A stretch of 64,000 nucleotides of DNA from Cyanophyceae cyanobacterium (lineage in GTDB: Bacteria; Cyanobacteriota; Cyanobacteriia; Cyanobacteriales; JBHJGN01). Below are positions 58,556 to 64,000 of this stretch, piece after piece. Where the stretch lies: positions 32,001 through 96,000 of the forward strand of contig JBHJGN010000015.1 of assembly GCA_050331735.1 (NCBI GenBank), written 5' to 3'. Made by a program: the position numbers and the translations under genes. The notes under the pieces are model-generated. The model was not told the origin of the DNA and searched no databases. It saw only the letters and a list, made by a program, of their open reading frames with translations. The stretch's first letter is position 1, and the number at the start of each line of letters is the position of its first letter.

Positions 58556-61500
58556 ATGGAAACACCAAACTGGAAATACGGAATCGAGCATTTTGAGATC
58601 GAAGGTCTTAATACTAGAGATGGCATAAAAGATAAATTTAGCATTGTTTTTCGAGAAGACGAAATTGGCAGAAAACAGTATTGGCTTGGTGACTTGTCTA
58701 ATATTGACGACAAGATCACCGGAATTAACAATGCTGGAATGCTAGAAATGGTTCGAGAACTAGCAGGACTAGCTGACTCTTCCAATGGCATAGCTGCTAG
58801 GATTCATGACAATTATCTCAATCAAGCAGTGGGAACCAACGGAAATTATGCTACGGCTTTTGACACCTTTAATGATGCAGTTGAAAGCTACATTTCTCGA
58901 AAAGAAAGGGAGAATGTAGAAAAAGTTAGATGGATTAATTTTGCTATAGAAACTGCTGTAGGGCTCACTGCTGGTGCTTTCCTTGTAGGTCCATTAAAAG
59001 GACTTGTAGGGAATCTTACCGGTAGCTTAGCAGATGGGTTAAGTGCTGTAGCGAAAGATGCTCTAAAAGACACTACAAAAGAAGTCACTTCTACTTTGTT
59101 GAAAGCAGGTGTCAAAATTGGCACTACAGAAGCTAGAGCGGATATATCTTCCGGCTATTCTATCTCAGAACCAGGAGATCGGGCGTTACCTATAGAACCT
59201 TTTGACTGGGCAATAGACCGCAGAAATGCCTTGACAGATATTGGGAACTCATTGAGAGACGACCTTTTAGAACCTTTGGAGGAGCAGATTAAATTGCTTG
59301 TAGGAGAAGACTCTAATAAAGACAAGCAATATGCGCAACAACTAGCAGCACTCTTCAAGGACAATACTCAAACTAAAGATGGTACATCCTTCCTCAACAA
59401 TTCCTACCACAACGATTATTGGATTGATTTTAACCCCTATGAACTTATAGATGATGCCTTTCAAATGCAAGGTGTGGGGGGAATAGCCATTAATAATAAC
59501 CCTGCAATCATAAAAGATAGTATTCCTACCCAAGAATTCTTTCTACTCAATTTATTCGGGGGATATATGTCTCAAGTTACTATCGAAAATCCCTTTGATA
59601 GAACAGATGAAGCTGATGTTCCTAAAGAATTTATTGAAGCATACGCAGATTTGTTAGGAGATAAAGCCCCTTCGGAAGCGGATATCAGAACAATAATCAT
59701 TGACGCATCAGTTGCTAATCATTACTATTGGCAATTCAGAGATTTTTTAGGAGGGGCTACCGGAGGTGGCACCAGTAAACTAACTAACCCTTACTGGAAA
59801 GACGGAAAAGATAGTGCAGAGAGACTAACAGACTATCTCACTAATTCAGAGGATGAAATCGACTTGTCTAAGTTTATCTTCGATCTTGCTCAGCACAATT
59901 TCAATGAAGCAGATCGATTTGAGACGCTTTGGAATTTTCTCAGAGTAGCATTTCATCGCGAGTCCCATTCTGATGTGGCTAGAGAGGCAGCCAAGATGCT
60001 TTTTGAAAACGCCGCCTTAGCTGAAGCGTATGAGTACAATCGCGAGTATTTAGAAGAAGATCTGAAGATTCTGCACAAAACGCACACGCTTGGGGAAGCC
60101 CGCCAGATTGTAGCAGATAACTTGACGAACAGATCCACCGGCAATTTTGCTCTCGACTTACTAGTACAGCAAGACAAGAGTTTCAGCTTTAGCAAGAATG
60201 TGCCTTATGTCGGTGGTACGGGAGAGTATTTTGTCGGTACCGAAGAAGTAGATATCCTCGCTGGGACTACTTTTCGCGGAGATACTCTAGAAGGACACGG
60301 AAACACCGACATATTAAAAGGTGGTGGCGGTAGCGATTTGCTTCGCGGCGGAAGTGGAGATGACTACCTTTATGGGGAAGACCACACAGAGGCAACTTCC
60401 ATATTTGGGTCATTTGTGAAAAACGATACTTTAGAAGGCGGAGATGGCAACGATATTTTAGACGGAGGAGACGGTGATGACTTGCTTGAAGGAGGAGAGG
60501 GGAAGGATACGCTAAGAGGAGGCAGCGGAATTGACGATTTGAGAGGACGGAACGGAAACGATTCTCTTGATGGCGGTGCTGGTAATGATTCTCTTTGGGG
60601 AGGAGATGGCAATGACTTTCTTTACGGAGGGGACGGGAACGATAGTCTCTATGGTTATGACGGCAGTGACCTTCTTAATGGAGGAAATGGTAATGACCTA
60701 CTTAGAGGCCGTAATGGCGATGATTCTCTCTTAGGACAATTGGGCAACGATACTGTTGAAGGTCATTCTGGTAATGATGTTCTGAATGGAGGAAATGGTC
60801 ATGACTTGCTTGACGGAGGAGAGGGTAGCGATACTCTCTATGGAGGAAGTGGCAACGATAGTCTCTATGGTTATGACGGCAACGATCTTCTTCGTGGAGG
60901 AAATGGAAGTGACCTTCTTCAAGGAGGAAATGGAAACGATAATCTTGTAGGAGAATCTGGCAGCGATAGACTTCAAGGGCATTCTGGCAATGACACTTTA
61001 GATGGCGGTTTAGGTGATGATTCCCTCGACGGTGGCTCTGGAGTTGATACCGTCAGCTATTCTTTCTACTCAGGAGAAACCATCGTCGATTTGAACTCTG
61101 GACAAGTAGATCTCAATCGTGGTTCTTCTGGTAGTCAAACTGTTAAAAGTATTGAAAATGTAATTGGTGCTCAGGGAGATGACCAGATAATTGGTAATTC
61201 TGCTAACAACCTACTCGTTGGTGGTGCTGGCAGCGACTATCTCTATGGCGGTGCAGGAGACGATACCTTGATTGGAGGCGATCGAACAGGTCAGTCAGAT
61301 TTCGATCTGAACCAGCAAGATATTTTGGTAGGTGGACCCGGTAGGGATGTTTTTATCCTTGCAGAGGAAGATACCCACTTCTATAGCGACGGGGCAGTAG
61401 GAAGTTCTACTCCTAATTCCTACGCCTTAATTAGCTCCTTCGAGAAAGGCGCAGATAGAATCGAACTCAAAGCGGGCGGTCTATTTAATAGCAGTAGGTA

Positions 61501-61675
61501 CCGGTTAATAGACAGACCCGTTCAACAGGGTAGCGTCAGAGGCGTTGGTATCTATTTAGACCATGCAGCGACCTACGTTGTCAATCCTCTTATAGGAATA
61601 GTTGAAGGATTTACAGCCAGCGAACTAACTCTAACCTCGACGGGTATAGCTGGCAGCAATACCATAATCACCTAA
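58556..61675 (+). CDS. RTX-type calcium-binding secreted protein with unrecognised ~550-aa N-terminal region
   Basis: Long run of GGxGxDxLx nonapeptides (~60290-61060), SIENVIG and GGPGRDVF..ISSF...D.IEL C-terminal motifs; no N-terminal signal peptide. Confidence 0.92.
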   Translation: METPNWKYGIEHFEIEGLNTRDGIKDKFSIVFREDEIGRKQYWLGDLSNIDDKITGINNAGMLEMVRELAGLADSSNGIAARIHDNYLNQAVGTNGNYATAFDTFNDAVESYISRKERENVEKVRWINFAIETAVGLTAGAFLVGPLKGLVGNLTGSLADGLSAVAKDALKDTTKEVTSTLLKAGVKIGTTEARADISSGYSISEPGDRALPIEPFDWAIDRRNALTDIGNSLRDDLLEPLEEQIKLLVGEDSNKDKQYAQQLAALFKDNTQTKDGTSFLNNSYHNDYWIDFNPYELIDDAFQMQGVGGIAINNNPAIIKDSIPTQEFFLLNLFGGYMSQVTIENPFDRTDEADVPKEFIEAYADLLGDKAPSEADIRTIIIDASVANHYYWQFRDFLGGATGGGTSKLTNPYWKDGKDSAERLTDYLTNSEDEIDLSKFIFDLAQHNFNEADRFETLWNFLRVAFHRESHSDVAREAAKMLFENAALAEAYEYNREYLEEDLKILHKTHTLGEARQIVADNLTNRSTGNFALDLLVQQDKSFSFSKNVPYVGGTGEYFVGTEEVDILAGTTFRGDTLEGHGNTDILKGGGGSDLLRGGSGDDYLYGEDHTEATSIFGSFVKNDTLEGGDGNDILDGGDGDDLLEGGEGKDTLRGGSGIDDLRGRNGNDSLDGGAGNDSLWGGDGNDFLYGGDGNDSLYGYDGSDLLNGGNGNDLLRGRNGDDSLLGQLGNDTVEGHSGNDVLNGGNGHDLLDGGEGSDTLYGGSGNDSLYGYDGNDLLRGGNGSDLLQGGNGNDNLVGESGSDRLQGHSGNDTLDGGLGDDSLDGGSGVDTVSYSFYSGETIVDLNSGQVDLNRGSSGSQTVKSIENVIGAQGDDQIIGNSANNLLVGGAGSDYLYGGAGDDTLIGGDRTGQSDFDLNQQDILVGGPGRDVFILAEEDTHFYSDGAVGSSTPNSYALISSFEKGADRIELKAGGLFNSSRYRLIDRPVQQGSVRGVGIYLDHAATYVVNPLIGIVEGFTASELTLTSTGIAGSNTIIT

Positions 61676-61730
61676 TCGAGGGCTTTTCTCAGAAGCGATA
61701 TTTTCTGCTCCGAAGAATCTGAGTGTGTCC

Positions 61731-61771
61731 CAGTAGCCTGAGTTTAGATGAACTCTAAATTTGGGCTACTG
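61731..61771 (+). terminator. 18-bp stem-loop downstream of the RTX gene
   Basis: CAGTAGCCTGAGTTTAGA-TGAAC-TCTAAATTTGGGCTACTG; all three non-Watson-Crick pairs are G-U on the + strand. Confidence 0.6.
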
Positions 61772-62088
61772 CCAGACAGTTTATGTTTGTCATAAGTTCC
61801 GGACTTAACCCACCAATCTCTCACCCCTCCCCAAGTTTGGGGAGGACTGTAGGGTTAGAGGGGCACTATTCATTCAACTGCATCAGTCCTGTCGATTGCC
61901 AAGCGCGAGCGATCGCGGCTCCGCCTGCACGGTTCAAGGTTTTTATTCACTCATGCCGCTTGCCTTGTCGTTTAACTTACCGGGGAGTCGCTCACGGTTT
62001 GCAACCATGCCCTAGCAAACATCTGCTCATCCCCTCCTCCTCGTTTGCAGATATATCTGCTCCCTGAAAGAAATAACTTTTACTGTGA

Positions 62089-62117
62089 CTGATATTGGGG
62101 TTTCACCCTAATATCAG
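62089..62117. terminator. 13-bp stem-loop between convergent genes
   Basis: CTGATATTGGGGT-TTC-ACCCTAATATCAG. Confidence 0.45.
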
Positions 62118-62274
62118 CAACCAAAATAGAAGCTGTTGAAGCTTTTTTACAAAATGAACGGAGCAGGAACTTTGAGAATATGAGAATGAGTGCTCAGTTT
62201 TACAAAACCGAGATGCACTCCACGACTGCTACATCCGGTTCAGGTTCAGATAATTCGATATTACTCAGGATCAA

Positions 62275-64000
62275 TTAATCACACCAAAGTCTTCTGGCCG
62301 CTGGATTACCGTAAAGTTTTCTTGACCCAACGACTAAAAGCGGTTTTCCTGTGTTATTCGGTAGGTTAAGATCAGGCGGATCGCTACTGTCGTGTGGCCG
62401 GCGCAGGAAATCTGTGACAAAAACGACTGGACGCGAACTATTCCAGTATGCTTGCAGTTCTGCTTTGGCGATCGCATAGCGAGGACGAGGACCAGGAAAC
62501 TGTGGCAAAATACGATTTGTGCCCCCATCGGCTAGCACGAGAACGATGCGATAGGGTCTCTCTCTCTGAACCCAACCCGGAGGAAGTAACTGACCAAAGG
62601 AGCTATAGCGGTTATTGAAGGGGGTTTCACGGTGGCGACACCCCTGACTTAAAGATTCTTGATCAATTTTTCCGTGGTTGAGATAATAGCTCATTGCGCC
62701 TGCGGTTCCTAGCTCTCGCGATCCTTCAAAGATCCATAGAGCTGCTGAACCCAGACGGGCGTTCGCGGATTCGACTAAGGATTTGGAAGCACGAACGTCT
62801 TGGTAAAGAACGAAGCCGTGAACAATCGAGATATAGCTGCTGACGAAGCCGACTAGCAACGCTGCGAGAGCATAGACACGGTGGAACTTTATTAAAAGAC
62901 CACCAGTAAACAATCCCAGTCCCATCGCTACAGTCATTAAAACGAGCTTGGCTAAAGAGGAAGTGACGGGAAGTTCGAGAACGTTGATGAGGTGAGTTCC
63001 CCACAGTGCGGTGCTGCTGAGCCCCAAACCAACGCAGATAAACAGGATAGCTACTTTGGCTGTTGCCCTCTGAGTAGACCACCATCCCGCACACAAAATG
63101 GCATAAGGTGGTAGCGCTGGCAAGCTGTAGTACACGAGACGAGACGAGAAAGGCAAAAAGAGAACAATCGGGCTAAGCGTTGCGATCGCCAGCAGCAACA
63201 GTCCCGACTTCTGTGGCTCGTTCTTCGCACCGCTTACCACCCAAGTACCAACTTGAGGCAGCAGCAGTGACCACGGAAAACACCATACGGCTGCGAGAGC
63301 CAAATAACCAATAGCGCTCACTTTTGACACTTCGTAGTCGGGAGGCCAACGAGTATCAGCAAGGCGTTGCAGATGTTCGTTGTAGAAAAAGTAGAACCAA
63401 AATCCGGGGTTCGCCCGTTCAACGGCAACCGACCAAGGCAGCACCACTGCCAGCGTTATTCCTAAGCCAGGAACGAGACGGATTTTAGAGCAGACTGACC
63501 ATCCTCTCCGGAGCGCCAAACCGCAACAGCATAGCAACGGCAAAACCAAACCTAACAAGCCTTTGCTGAGGAAACACAGTCCTAAAACTGCGTACAGGGT
63601 AAAGAACCACCAATGGGCACGAGGATGGCAGTCTAGTTTCCATAAAGCATAATACGCGATCGAGACGAGCGTGGCAAGCAACACATCGATCAAAAGCTGA
63701 TGCGTAAATATAAACCATCCCAACGTGGTGCTGAGCATGACGGCAGCGGTACGACCTGCTTCACCCCCCCACAGTTCTCGCGCCCATTTCCAGGCCACAA
63801 CTACTGCCAGCCAGCCGCTCAGCGCTAACGGCAGACGCGCTGACCATTCGGAGGCTTCAAACACTACTGTACTCATCGCCACAAGCCAGTAGAGCAGCGG
63901 TGGCTTATTGAGATAGGGCGCACCGTTTAAGGTTGGCGTTACCCAATCTTGGCGCAGCACCATTTCAGCGCCAACGCCAGCAAAATGACCTTCATGAGGT
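62275..64000 (-). CDS. ArnT/PMT-like (GT-C) membrane glycosyltransferase, 5' truncated by window
   Basis: Frame open to the window end (PHEGHFAGVGAEM); DWVTPTLNG..YLNKPPLLYW, SEWSARLP, LSKG, many TMs. Confidence 0.9.
   Translation of the reverse strand, partial: PHEGHFAGVGAEMVLRQDWVTPTLNGAPYLNKPPLLYWLVAMSTVVFEASEWSARLPLALSGWLAVVVAWKWARELWGGEAGRTAAVMLSTTLGWFIFTHQLLIDVLLATLVSIAYYALWKLDCHPRAHWWFFTLYAVLGLCFLSKGLLGLVLPLLCCCGLALRRGWSVCSKIRLVPGLGITLAVVLPWSVAVERANPGFWFYFFYNEHLQRLADTRWPPDYEVSKVSAIGYLALAAVWCFPWSLLLPQVGTWVVSGAKNEPQKSGLLLLAIATLSPIVLFLPFSSRLVYYSLPALPPYAILCAGWWSTQRATAKVAILFICVGLGLSSTALWGTHLINVLELPVTSSLAKLVLMTVAMGLGLFTGGLLIKFHRVYALAALLVGFVSSYISIVHGFVLYQDVRASKSLVESANARLGSAALWIFEGSRELGTAGAMSYYLNHGKIDQESLSQGCRHRETPFNNRYSSFGQLLPPGWVQRERPYRIVLVLADGGTNRILPQFPGPRPRYAIAKAELQAYWNSSRPVVFVTDFLRRPHDSSDPPDLNLPNNTGKPLLVVGSRKLYGNPAARRLWCD

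Overview
Cyanobacterial chromosomal window (GCGATCGC/HIP1 octamers throughout; a cyanobacteriochrome-type GAF, pentapeptide, DUF928, DUF1822 and PEP-CTERM-like proteins). It carries about 48 genes. Housekeeping genes: hslO, lysC, ribD, speD, nth, ilvD, comB, cbiET. Signalling genes: a multi-PAS/GAF kinase plus hybrid kinase, a Crp regulator and an FHA-PAS-GGDEF-EAL protein. Accessory blocks: a small glycosyltransferase cluster; a damaged IS200/IS605 element (nonsense in tnpA, tnpB split into two ATGA-coupled ORFs); a NERD-helicase gene beside an aldehyde/formaldehyde detoxification block (ltrA, SDRs, ALDH, HxlR-REC, fghA-gfa-frmA); and an orphan PKS KS with a degenerate AT. Three things stand out. 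(1) A sigma-like factor/DUF1822/CHAT-CHASE2/DUF928/secreted low-complexity protein module, divergent from an RTX protein with an unfamiliar N-terminus. (2) That module is bracketed by two inverted copies of a ~150-bp MITE, with a third copy at 37.2 kb. (3) A dispersed repeat family of 13-nt hairpins with covarying stems and mostly GNA triloops, attached to GGGGAAA heptamers, which often abuts stop codons and has been absorbed into three protein C-termini. A candidate structured leader precedes speD. No rRNA, tRNA or CRISPR array was seen. All family calls are by eye from motifs; no database search was run.
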